From an uncultured Clostridia bacterium (lineage in GTDB: Bacteria; Bacillota; Clostridia; TANB77; CAG-508), in the NCBI GenBank assembly GCA_947631915.1, contig CANRNC010000010.1, positions 83 through 64,082 on the forward strand: a DNA stretch of 64,000 nt. The letters are read 5' to 3'. A model generated the notes under the pieces. That model worked only from the letters and a program-made list of their open reading frames with translations, searched no databases and was not told the DNA's origin. The position numbers and the translations under genes are program-made. Below are positions 22,420 to 31,722 of this stretch, piece by piece (position 1 is the stretch's first letter; the number at the start of each line of letters is the position of its first letter).

Positions 22420-22614
22420 TGATTCACGAGAACTGTCAGAGGAAAAAATTAAACTATAAATAAAAAAACAACTTAAAAAAACCTAAAAATGCTTGCATTT
22501 TTAGGTTTTTTATTATATACTAAATAAGTATATTAATTACCTTATTCTTGGAAGAAGGTTAAAACACCACTTCTCCTATGAATAAGGCTTATAGAAAATA
22601 GGGAGGTGTATTAA

Positions 22615-22878
22615 ATGACAGTAGAAAGAAAGCAAGAAATCATTAATACTTTTAGAAGAGATGAAAAGGATACAGGATCTTCTGAAGTTCAAATTGCTCT
22701 TTTAACAGAAAGAATCAAGGAATTAACAGAACACTTAAAAGTTCATAAGAAAGATAATCATTCTAGACGTGGACTTTTAAAAATGGTTGGTAAAAGAAGA
22801 AGTTTACTTAACTATTTAGAGAAAAAAGATGTTGAAAAATACAGAGAAATAGTAGAAAAATTAGATTTAAGAAGATAA
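22615..22878 (+). CDS. rpsO: 30S ribosomal protein S15
   Basis: 87 aa, ...[48 protein letters not shown]. Confidence 0.97.
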   Translation: MTVERKQEIINTFRRDEKDTGSSEVQIALLTERIKELTEHLKVHKKDNHSRRGLLKMVGKRRSLLNYLEKKDVEKYREIVEKLDLRR

Positions 22879-23175
22879 TCACTAGATGTTCTTTAATTTA
22901 TACGTCTATGATTATAAGTAGTATTACTTAAGGATTTTATGGACGTTTGATTATATTTCAAACGTCCAAAAATATATTACATAGATTAGAAGTAGCTTGG
23001 ATAATGCTTTAAATTTTAGGAAATATATAAATGTTAAAGTATTATCGAAGTTACATCCTAGTTTATGTAAGAAGTAACAAAAATTTGATATGCAAATTTT
23101 TAGTATACCCCAATTAATAAAATAGAATTTCGTAATGATAACGAGCATCAAAATTAAAAGAAAAGAGGTAAAATT

Positions 23176-25299
23176 ATGTTAAAAACATTTGAAACAGAAT
23201 TGTCAGGAAGAAAATTAATAATTGAAAGCGGTAAAACTTCAGAGCTTGCCAATGGTAGTGTTTGGGTAAGATATGGAGAAACGGTTGTAATGGTAAATGT
23301 TACAGCTTCAAAAGAGCCAAAGGAAGGAATTGATTTCTTCCCATTATCAGTAGATTATGAAGAAAAATTATATGCTGTAGGAAAAATTCCTGGAGGATTT
23401 ACAAAAAGAGAAGGTAAACCTGCGGATAAAGCAATACTTACTTCAAGAGCAATTGATAGACCTTTAAGACCATTATTCCCAAAAGATTTTAGAAATGATG
23501 TATGTGTAGTTGCAACTGTATTATCAGTTGAACCAGATAATTCACCAGAAGTTGCAGCGATGATAGGAGCTTCTGCGGCACTTTCAATATCTGATATTCC
23601 ATTTGGAGGACCAACAGCTGCCGTAAACGTAGGATATGTTGATGGACAAATTGTTATAAATCCTACATTAGAGCAAAGAGAAAAAACAGATTTGAATTTA
23701 ACTGTTGCAGGGACAGTTGATAAAATTGCCATGATTGAAGCAGGAGCTAATGAAATTCCAGATGATATCATGTTAGAAGCTATTAAAGCAGGACATGAAG
23801 AAATTAAAAAACTTTGTAAATTTATATCTGATATTAAAGCAGAAATTGGAAAACCAAAATTTGAATACAAATCTTTTGAAGTAGATCATGATTTATTTGA
23901 TAAAATTGCAGAAAAATATGAAGCTAGAATGTATAACGATGTGCAAGAAGTAGATAAGACTATTAGAGATGAGAACGTTGATAAAATAAAAGAAGAAGTT
24001 ATGGAGTATTTAGTTCAAGAACTTGGAGAAGATGCTGTAGAAGAAAGAAAACAAGAAATTGGAGAAATTCTTTATAAATTAGAGAAAAAATGTGTAAGAA
24101 AAATGATATTAGAAGAACATAAACGTCCAGACGGTAGAAAACTAGATGAAATAAGACCTTTATCTTGTGAGGTAGGATTATTACCAAGAGTACATGGTAG
24201 TGCATTGTTTACGAGAGGACAAACTCAAGTGTTGTCAATTGCAACATTAGGAATGGTTAGTGAAGAACAAATCTTGGATGGGTTAGATGAACAAACATCA
24301 AAAAGATATATGCATCAATACAATTTCCCTGGATACAGTGTAGGTGAAGCTAAAACTTCTAGAGGACCTGGTAGACGTGAGATTGGACATGGTGCACTTG
24401 CTGAAAAAGCATTGGTACCAGTAATACCTGATGTAGAAGAATTTCCTTATGCTATTAGAGTGGTTTCAGAAGTGTTAAGTTCAAATGGCTCAACTTCACA
24501 AGCTAGTATTTGTGGAAGTACACTAGCATTAATGGATGCAGGTGTACCAATAAAAACACCTGTAGCAGGAATTTCAACAGGACTCGTAACAGATGAGAAC
24601 GATCCAAATAGATATGTTATGCTTACAGATATTCAAGGTTTAGAGGATTTCTTTGGAGATATGGACTTTAAAGTTGGAGGAACACATAAAGGTATAACAG
24701 CTATTCAAGTAGATATAAAGATTGATGGTTTAACTTATGATATAATTGCTCAAGCATTTGAGAGAACAAAAAAAGCAAGAATGTATATATTAGACGAGAT
24801 AATGGCTCCACAAATTTCAGCACCAAGAGCAGAAATTTCAAAATATGCACCAAAAATAATTAATATGAAAATAAAAGTAGATAAAATCAAAGATGTAATC
24901 GGACCTGGAGGAAAAACAATCAATAAGATAATAGCTGAAACAGGTGTTAAAATGGATATTGAAGAAGATGGAAATGTATTTATTTATGCAAGTGATTTAG
25001 AAAATGGAAATAAGGCTTTAGAGATGGTTGAAGAAATCGTAAGAGAAATAGAAGTTGATGGGGTATATACTGGAACAGTTACAAAGATAGCAACTTTTGG
25101 TGCTTTCGTTGATATCGGAGGAGGAAAAGAAGGATTACTTCATATTTCAAAAATATCTAAACAAAGAGTAGCAAAAGTTGAAGATGTGCTAAATGTTGGC
25201 GATAAGATTAAAGTAAAAGTATATGAAATAGATGATCAAGGAAGGATAAATTTAACACATAAAGAATTTGAAGAAGAAGAAAAAAAATCTGAAGAGTAA
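23176..25299 (+). CDS. pnp: polyribonucleotide nucleotidyltransferase (PNPase)
   Basis: 707 aa, two RNase PH domains, KH and S1 domains. Confidence 0.97.
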   Translation: MLKTFETELSGRKLIIESGKTSELANGSVWVRYGETVVMVNVTASKEPKEGIDFFPLSVDYEEKLYAVGKIPGGFTKREGKPADKAILTSRAIDRPLRPLFPKDFRNDVCVVATVLSVEPDNSPEVAAMIGASAALSISDIPFGGPTAAVNVGYVDGQIVINPTLEQREKTDLNLTVAGTVDKIAMIEAGANEIPDDIMLEAIKAGHEEIKKLCKFISDIKAEIGKPKFEYKSFEVDHDLFDKIAEKYEARMYNDVQEVDKTIRDENVDKIKEEVMEYLVQELGEDAVEERKQEIGEILYKLEKKCVRKMILEEHKRPDGRKLDEIRPLSCEVGLLPRVHGSALFTRGQTQVLSIATLGMVSEEQILDGLDEQTSKRYMHQYNFPGYSVGEAKTSRGPGRREIGHGALAEKALVPVIPDVEEFPYAIRVVSEVLSSNGSTSQASICGSTLALMDAGVPIKTPVAGISTGLVTDENDPNRYVMLTDIQGLEDFFGDMDFKVGGTHKGITAIQVDIKIDGLTYDIIAQAFERTKKARMYILDEIMAPQISAPRAEISKYAPKIINMKIKVDKIKDVIGPGGKTINKIIAETGVKMDIEEDGNVFIYASDLENGNKALEMVEEIVREIEVDGVYTGTVTKIATFGAFVDIGGGKEGLLHISKISKQRVAKVEDVLNVGDKIKVKVYEIDDQGRINLTHKEFEEEEKKSEE

Positions 25300-25472
25300 A
25301 TTTTATAAATAAATGACATTGCAATGTATTGTTTTACCTATTTTTTCAAGATTTGACAAAAAAATGAAGAATATTTCAAGAAAAACTTGCAAAGAATATA
25401 TTAAAGGTAGTATAATATATAAAGATATGGAATATAAAATAATATTGAGATAAGGATAAAAGGAGTAAAAAA

Positions 25473-26705
25473 ATGGTATATTTATATGTATTGCAACAAG
25501 CATTAGTATGGATTATTACAATATTTTGGCTATACCAATTATTGGTTAGCTTATGCTCTTTAGTTAAACTTAAAGATAAACCACTATTAGAAAAAAGAGA
25601 AAACAGATTTATGGTAATTATTCCTGCCCATAATGAAGAAAAGGTTGTAGGTAATTTAATTGAAAGTCTTAAAAATCAAAATTACCCAAAGGATAAGTAT
25701 GATATTTATGTTATTGCAGATAATTGTACTGATATTACTAAAAAAGTCGCAGAAGATGCAGGTGCAATTGTATATGAAAGAAGATCTTCTATGGAGGAAA
25801 GAACAAAAGGTCATGCATTACAATGGTTCTTAAGACAAAAAATTGCAGAAAATGCTCAATATGATGCTTTCTGTGTGTTTGATGCAGACAATATCGTTGA
25901 TGAAAATTTTTTATTGAATATGAATAAGAAACTTTGCCAAGGTGAGGAAGTAGTGCAAGGTTATAGAGATATAAAGAATCCAACCGATAGTTGGGTATCA
26001 GCAGGTTATGCAATATTTTATTGGATGATGAATAGATTTTATCATTTAGCTAGATATAATTTAGGATTGTCACCATTAATAAATGGAACTGGATTTATGG
26101 TTAAATTTGATGTTATAAAACCTAATGGTTGGGAAACTCAAACTTTAACAGAAGATATTGAATTCTCATTACAGAGAATAATAGCTGGTAAAAAATTAGG
26201 ATGGTCAACAGATGCTATTGTGTACGATGAACAACCTGTTGGATTTAAACAAAGTTGGTCACAAAGATCTAGATGGACAGTTGGTCATATACAATGTATG
26301 AACTTATATACAAAACAATTAGCAGAGGCTGTTAAGGAAAAGAAAACTGCTATGAATTTTGATGGATTATTATATATTGTTGGAAGTATACCGATGTTTA
26401 TTATAACATTATTATTGCTTACTGTTAATTTAGGACTATATATGACTAATACTTTTACATCTGCACAATTATTTGAAAATTATGCAAGATATTTTATCCC
26501 AACATTTTTATTGCCTATATTTACAGCTTTAATAATAATGATATTAGATAAGAAACCAATAAAACCAATGATTAAAGGACTTTTATGTTATCCATTATTT
26601 TTAGGCTCATGGTTATTAATTAACTTCAAATGTTTGTTTAAGAGAGATACAAAATGGGAGAAAATAGAGCACATTAGAGATATAAAGATACATGAAGTAA
26701 TATAA
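25473..26705 (+). CDS. processive family-2 glycosyltransferase, membrane-embedded (IcaA/PgaC/cellulose-synthase-like)
   Basis: GT2 motifs IIPAHNEE, DADN, QRSRW (QxxRW) with N- and C-terminal TM segments; 410 aa. Confidence 0.75.
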   Translation: MVYLYVLQQALVWIITIFWLYQLLVSLCSLVKLKDKPLLEKRENRFMVIIPAHNEEKVVGNLIESLKNQNYPKDKYDIYVIADNCTDITKKVAEDAGAIVYERRSSMEERTKGHALQWFLRQKIAENAQYDAFCVFDADNIVDENFLLNMNKKLCQGEEVVQGYRDIKNPTDSWVSAGYAIFYWMMNRFYHLARYNLGLSPLINGTGFMVKFDVIKPNGWETQTLTEDIEFSLQRIIAGKKLGWSTDAIVYDEQPVGFKQSWSQRSRWTVGHIQCMNLYTKQLAEAVKEKKTAMNFDGLLYIVGSIPMFIITLLLLTVNLGLYMTNTFTSAQLFENYARYFIPTFLLPIFTALIIMILDKKPIKPMIKGLLCYPLFLGSWLLINFKCLFKRDTKWEKIEHIRDIKIHEVI

Positions 26706-26865
26706 TGAATTATTATAAGGTTGAATTTGACCAATAAATTAAATTACGTAGTTCATGCAAACTAAAGGAGCAAGTCCAAACTTGCTCCTTAACTGTATAA
26801 TTAGTAAATATATTTACTAATTATGGAGATAATAATATATGTAGATTTAAATTGATATAATATTT

Positions 26866-27795
26866 ATGGGAGAGAATGTTATTAAAATGAAGAACTATTT
26901 TCAATATGAAGAAGTAAGTTTAACTGTTGTAAGACGATTAAATAAGAAAAAAGTATTTGGATTATTAATTATAGTATTGTTTATATTATTAATGATATTA
27001 TTATTCGTTTCTAATATTCACGGAAAAATGAAAGAAATACATGATGATAATGAATATAGTGCTGTAGTATATGATAATATTGCTCCAGAAGCTAGTATTC
27101 CACGAGATGATAACTATACAATAAATAGACTTCCTACATTAACACAAGTGGGAAGAGATAATATGAATAATATTTATATATCTGATGAAAAAATAGCATA
27201 TTTAACTTTTGATGATGGACCTTCTGCAAACATAACACCACAAATTTTAAGTGTTTTAGATCAATATCAAATAAAAGCCACATTCTTCGTTTTGGGATGT
27301 AATGTAGTTAGATATCCAGACATGGTAAAAAAAGAATATGATGGTGGACATTTTATTGCTAATCACGGTTATAGCCATGAATACGATAGTGTTTATTCAA
27401 GTTCACAAGCTGTACTTCAAGAATATATAAAGACGCAAGAGGCTATAAGAAGCGCAATAGGAATTCAAGAATATTGTTCACATCTGTTTAGATTTCCCGG
27501 GGGTACTGGTGGAAAAAAATATAGAACTGTAAAGAATGAAGCAAAGCAATTATTATCTGATAATAATATCCTATACATTGATTGGAATGCACTTACAAAT
27601 GATTCAGTAGGACATCCAACTGAACAAAGTATAATGAATGATTTAATAAGTACAGTTGGAACAAAAAAGAGTGTAGTTGTATTAATGCATGATAATGCTT
27701 CAAAACAATTAACAGCAACAATGTTACCACAAGTAATTAACTATTTAATAGATCAAGGATATACTTTTAAAAGTTTTTATGATGTAATAATGTAA
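26866..27795 (+). CDS. polysaccharide deacetylase (NodB-homology domain; IcaB/PgaB-like) with N-terminal TM anchor
   Basis: TFDDGP and HGYSH NodB motifs; 309 aa; perfect palindromic terminator 27797-27838 follows. Confidence 0.8.
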   Translation: MGENVIKMKNYFQYEEVSLTVVRRLNKKKVFGLLIIVLFILLMILLFVSNIHGKMKEIHDDNEYSAVVYDNIAPEASIPRDDNYTINRLPTLTQVGRDNMNNIYISDEKIAYLTFDDGPSANITPQILSVLDQYQIKATFFVLGCNVVRYPDMVKKEYDGGHFIANHGYSHEYDSVYSSSQAVLQEYIKTQEAIRSAIGIQEYCSHLFRFPGGTGGKKYRTVKNEAKQLLSDNNILYIDWNALTNDSVGHPTEQSIMNDLISTVGTKKSVVVLMHDNASKQLTATMLPQVINYLIDQGYTFKSFYDVIM

Positions 27796-27875
27796 ATAAC
27801 AGGGCACATATATGTGCCCTGTTATTTACATTATTTTTAAGAGTTTGTTCAGTTCTCTTGTATTTTAATAAAGAA

Positions 27876-27904
27876 TTGACTTGCAATTTTCTTTGTTGTA
27901 TAAT
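27876..27904 (+). promoter_or_regulatory. sigma-A-type promoter TTGACT-17-TATAAT
   Basis: Consensus hexamers read directly, 45 nt upstream of the 27951 ORF. Confidence 0.5.
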
Positions 27905-27950
27905 TATTATGTAAAATAATTCGCATAGCGAAATTTTTGGAGGGATTTTA

Positions 27951-28307
27951 ATGAAAGACTTAGGAAAAATAACTAAATATCGGGACAGACAAGAAGAAAA
28001 ACGTTACAACATAGTTAATAACAACGACATAGGTTTTTTTGAAATTCCATTAAAAACTGGTCGTAAAGCTTTAGTAACAGCGGAACGTCGTGATGGCTGG
28101 GAACATGTTGCAGTAGCTACAGTAGACAGTTGTCCTACATGGGGAGAAATGTGTGAGATAAAAGACTTTTTTTGGGAAGATGAAGAAACTGTAATGCAAT
28201 ATCACCCTAAAAAAAGCAAATACGTAAATGTTTGTCCTACATGCCTTCATTTGTGGAAACCTTTGTTAGCGAATATACCACTTCCACCAACACGTATGTT
28301 GTTATGA
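27951..28307 (+). CDS. hypothetical Cys-rich protein (CPTWGEMC...CPTC), visibly GC-richer than neighbours
   Basis: 118-aa ORF with good RBS (ggaggg) and strong promoter; no family recognised. Confidence 0.45.
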   Translation: MKDLGKITKYRDRQEEKRYNIVNNNDIGFFEIPLKTGRKALVTAERRDGWEHVAVATVDSCPTWGEMCEIKDFFWEDEETVMQYHPKKSKYVNVCPTCLHLWKPLLANIPLPPTRMLL

Positions 28308-28345
28308 TCAGGTAAACAGAACACATATTCTTGTTATTGGTTTTT

Positions 28346-28376
28346 AGAGTTATTCTAATATTTAGAATAACTCTAA
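28346..28376. terminator. perfect 14-bp inverted repeat with 3-nt loop (tagagttattctaa tat ttagaataactcta) flanked by T and A runs; bidirectional terminator-like
   Basis: Read directly. Confidence 0.5.
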
Positions 28377-28480
28377 AAACATTTTTGTATTGAATATTTG
28401 GATTTCATAGATATTTACATGAAATAATTTTTTAGTCGAAGAATATGTATTCAATAAATATAATGTATATCCTTAAATAG

Positions 28481-28556
28481 TACAGATTAGGACGTAACGA
28501 AGTGGTAACGACAGCCACGTTACCCCGTAATGTAATACGGGAGTAACTTTATATGA
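28481..28556. repeat. left arm of an ~75-80 bp imperfect inverted repeat (core atgtaatacgggagtaactttatat)
   Basis: Reverse complement matches 29896-29920 exactly over 25-26 nt, then cgtggct.tcg...ttcg..acg similarity. Confidence 0.8.
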
Positions 28557-28682
28557 ATAAAACTATCTAACACAGATATATCAACGAATAAAAAAATATA
28601 AGTATAAAATATTTGTATAAATTATCAGTAAAAATAAAAAAAGTTCTTACAGAATTATAAAATCCTATAAGAACATTCAGAA

Positions 28683-28757
28683 TGGCAGGGGTGGAAGGAA
28701 TCGAACCCTCATCAAAAGTTTTGGAGACTTCTATCTTAACCGTTGGACGACACCCCT
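28683..28757 (-). tRNA. tRNA-Trp (anticodon CCA)
   Basis: Reverse complement AGGGGTG...GAAGT CTCCAAA ACTTT...GGTTCGATTCC...CACCCCTGCCA; 7-bp acceptor stem, T-loop GTTCGATTC, encoded CCA end. Confidence 0.9.
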
Positions 28758-28925
28758 AAATAAGACTTATTAAGAATAACATATTTTATATAAAAATGCA
28801 ACCCCAATATTAAAAATAATTATTATTAAATTTATATTATCCAATATTCACACAACCTACAATTTGAAAAAATTGCATATTGCATAAAGACAAGGAATAT
28901 TGTATAATATAAATGTGTAATATAT

Positions 28926-29283
28926 GGGGATGTATTTGGTTTCGACAATTGCATAGAAGCACAAATAGCGAGTGGTGGATTTCTACTTGGCCACCTAAAT
29001 AATGTAGAAATTAAAAATAAACGCTGATAATAATAATGAATTAGCATTTGCTGCCTAAATGCAGCAACATCTTATTATAAATGCCCACGTTTATAAATAA
29101 GGTGTCAAATTAGTGGGAAACGAAGCTATTTTTTTTCTCAAAAATAGTAGGTATTTAGAGAATACCAATGAATAAAGTTTGTTTATTAACTTTATCAGAG
29201 GGAATTTAGATAATAAACTGAACTCGGAGAGGTTTGTGTGAAAATGCATTTGGACGTGGGTTCGACTCCCACCATCTCCACCA
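28926..29283 (+). ncRNA. ssrA: tmRNA (SsrA), tag reading frame gct gat aat aat aat gaa tta gca ttt gct gcc taa (ADNNNELAFAA)
   Basis: 5' GGGGATGTATTTGGTTTCGAC..., tag ORF at ~29023-29058, 3' GGACGTGGGTTCGACTCCCACCATCTCCACCA; ~358 nt. Confidence 0.9.
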
Positions 29284-29428
29284 TAAAAAAGCATAGCGAA
29301 GCTATGCTTAGAATTATTTTTATGGGTGGGTGTCGAAAAGGAGCGTACCGAAGTTTCAGCCCAGTTAAAGCTGGGGTGAAACAAGGGAAAATAGTCCGGT
29401 GGACTATTTTGCGACGCGGCCGAAGGGA

Positions 29429-29446
29429 CTCCCACCATCTCCACCA
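29429..29446 (+). repeat. exact 18-nt direct copy of the tmRNA 3' end (ctcccaccatctccacca) 145 nt downstream of ssrA; att-like
   Basis: Identical to 29266-29283. Confidence 0.8.
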
Positions 29447-29658
29447 ACATTATCACCCAGAGTTTTGTACCATTGTTCAAAACTCATAGGGGGTTAGGAC
29501 TTGTGTCAAAGCCAAAATTCTATTAGTACTTATGTATCAAGTTTTTTATAGAAAAATTGCCAACAATATGAATAAAAAGTTTTTATGCTTATTTAATTAT
29601 ACAAGAGATAGTAGAAGTGCAAAAGCTTAAGACAAAAACTCCGTCCCCATGTCTACTA

Positions 29659-29812
29659 TTGCAATTTATATAAATTATGATATACTTTAATAAATTGATT
29701 GATATTTGTATCAATCGTCAAGAAAGCCAATGACGAGTTGTAAATATCTACGTCGTTGGCACCAGTCTGAGTGTTCTTATAGGATTTAGCGTTCTATAAG
29801 GACATTTTTTAT
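29659..29812 (+). ncRNA. candidate small RNA: promoter TTGCAA-16-TATACT (29659-29686), three hairpins, then terminator cttatag-N11-ctataag + T-run (29773-29812); contains only a 19-codon ORF
   Basis: Promoter and terminator read directly; no ORF of plausible length between them. Confidence 0.25.
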
Positions 29813-29893
29813 TTATGCTAATAGTTTAATGGTACATTTTATACTTATGTTTTTTTCTATATTTATTGATATTTCTGTGTTATATAGATTTGT

Positions 29894-29968
29894 TTATATA
29901 AAGTTACTCCCGTATTACATATCGGGAGCGTGGCTATCGCTTTGCTTCGCCACGCTCTCGTCTGTTAT
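29894..29968. repeat. right arm of the inverted repeat (core atataaagttactcccgtattacat, then hairpin gagcgtggc...gccacgctc)
   Basis: See left arm. Confidence 0.8.
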
Positions 29969-30000
29969 CATATATTCCTAATTTTTTGCACCTAAAAATA

Positions 30001-31206
30001 CTATTTATAGTGTAACTGATACATATAATAACTATAAATTGGTATAATAATAGTCGTTAATAATAATATTATTTTAAAATAAATAATATTATTACTTAAT
30101 CCAATTATAAATAGTAGTCCATAACCTATAATTCTTCCAATTTGCATTATCATATTTATAAATATCTGATTTTCAATATAATATTCATCATTAATACCAT
30201 TTTCTTTGTTATTAAATCTTTCGATGTTGAAAAGTATTTCTAATATAACGATGAAACTATAACTAATTATATTGTAAATAACAACTTCTATTTTTCCTAA
30301 TTTTATTACTAAACTTACAACACTAATCAAAGAAACTAAACTGCCACCAATTAATATATTTTTTTGAAGTTTTTTGTTATTTATTTTCTTAAATATGAAT
30401 AATGTTATCATTGAGCATATAGCGAATATTGTATTTAAAAAACCTAATTTAAAATTTGTTTTATATGTCATAACAATTATTATAGTAACAAGAGTAGGAA
30501 TTAGATTTAATAATACTCCATATAAAATAGATGATTTATAAATAATTTTTAATCTATTATTATTTTTAACATTTATATTTTTAAGAAATGTTATCAAATC
30601 AAATTTTTTATGATTTTGATTTTGTATTCTAATAAAAAGTGATAGAATAACTTGAGTAAACGCAAGTATCATTACATAAGTTGAAACCTTATAAAATGTT
30701 AATAATTCAATTGAGGTACCTAAAATTATTGGCATTATTATTTTGGTAAAACTACGTATAATTTTTTTGTTTGTAGTATATTTTTTTCTATTACTTTCAT
30801 TTGTTACCAAACCAACCATATTGTCACAAGCGCTCCAATAAACAGTTTCAGCGATTCCTAAAACAATTGCAATTGGAATTAAGAAATCTTGAATTTGCTC
30901 TCTTAAAAAAACAATTAATATTACAAATATAAATTTTATTAATATTCCAAGTCTATATATATTTGCAATATTGTATTTTTTTAGAAAGTATCCAATTATA
31001 TACATACAAACACCAGTTATAGCATAATCAATAACGTAATAAATTGCAACTGAACCTATATTTTCATTAGTTACATTTAATAAATAAGCTACTAAAAAAG
31101 TACTCAAAAACAAATCAATTATTGAATTTATAATTTCACAAATCATCAACGATTTGGCCGAAGTGCTTAATTTTTCATCTTCTATAATCATTTTTTCTTT
31201 ATTCAT
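30001..31206 (-). CDS. MFS-like 12-TM transporter, markedly more AT-rich than the rest of the window
   Basis: 401-aa ORF, ~12 hydrophobic segments, a basic loop motif between predicted TM2 and TM3 (GYFLKKYNIANIYRLG) loosely resembling the MFS motif A position; by eye well under the window GC average. Confidence 0.55.
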   Translation of the reverse strand: MNKEKMIIEDEKLSTSAKSLMICEIINSIIDLFLSTFLVAYLLNVTNENIGSVAIYYVIDYAITGVCMYIIGYFLKKYNIANIYRLGILIKFIFVILIVFLREQIQDFLIPIAIVLGIAETVYWSACDNMVGLVTNESNRKKYTTNKKIIRSFTKIIMPIILGTSIELLTFYKVSTYVMILAFTQVILSLFIRIQNQNHKKFDLITFLKNINVKNNNRLKIIYKSSILYGVLLNLIPTLVTIIIVMTYKTNFKLGFLNTIFAICSMITLFIFKKINNKKLQKNILIGGSLVSLISVVSLVIKLGKIEVVIYNIISYSFIVILEILFNIERFNNKENGINDEYYIENQIFINMIMQIGRIIGYGLLFIIGLSNNIIYFKIILLLTTIIIPIYSYYMYQLHYK

Positions 31207-31445
31207 AATGATACCCTTTATTTTTAATCTAACAAGATTATACTATATTCATCAAAAATCTGCTATATTTTTATTGAAATTTAATAAATAGTATAATACA
31301 AAAGTGTGACCAGTGTAATTATTCATTCTTCAGCGTTTTGTAAAAATTCCTATAAGAACACTCCGACCAATCTGGATGTTTTTATGGGATTTAATATTAT
31401 ATAAAGACTTCTTTTTTATATAATGTTATAGCTTATTTGTATTTA

Positions 31446-31474
31446 TTGACAAAATTAAATAATCTATGTATAAT
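31446..31474 (+). promoter_or_regulatory. perfect consensus promoter TTGACA-17-TATAAT
   Basis: ttgaca aaattaaataatctatg tataat. Confidence 0.55.
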
Positions 31475-31602
31475 AAATATAGGAAAGGACAAAACAGATT
31501 AGATTCTAATAAAATATGATAAATTATAAAATGCAACTAAAGTTAAAAAACAAAATGGGTACGAATTTGTATAAAATTTATAATAAGTAGAGGAGCATAT
31601 AT

Positions 31603-31704
31603 ATGTTAAAATATCAAAGAAATATGCACGGAGGAGAGCTATGGGCAAAAATAGAAGTGCTTGAAAATGTTTTAACTCCTTTATTAAGAATGAAATATAA
31701 TTAG
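31603..31704 (+). CDS. small ORF (33 aa, MLKYQRNMHGGELWAKIEVLENVLTPLLRMKYN) with good RBS, first cistron downstream of the consensus promoter
   Basis: aggagc-8nt-ATG; absent from the ORF track only because <60 aa. Confidence 0.25.
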   Translation: MLKYQRNMHGGELWAKIEVLENVLTPLLRMKYN

Positions 31705-31722
31705 TAAAGGAGTCAAAAAATT

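Noticed and set aside
29318-29446. GC-rich 145-nt segment considered as a second tRNA or a displaced tmRNA 3' domain
   Set aside because: Ends in ...ctcccaccatctccacca but lacks a T-loop (GTTCGA) and a pairing 5' acceptor strand. It aligns to the native tmRNA 3' region only over the 18-mer, so it is treated as an att-associated remnant, not an RNA gene.
29238-29489. 83-aa ORF overlapping the 3' end of tmRNA and the att-like repeat
   Set aside because: Lies inside a structured RNA gene and GC-rich repeat with no RBS; classic spurious ORF.
31603-31704. 33-aa sORF plus adjacent MFS gene as a bacteriocin/immunity-export pair
   Set aside because: The peptide is charged and non-amphipathic with no double-glycine leader or Cys pattern, and the transporter is an MFS-like rather than ABC/C39 exporter. 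Kept only as an unexplained sORF.
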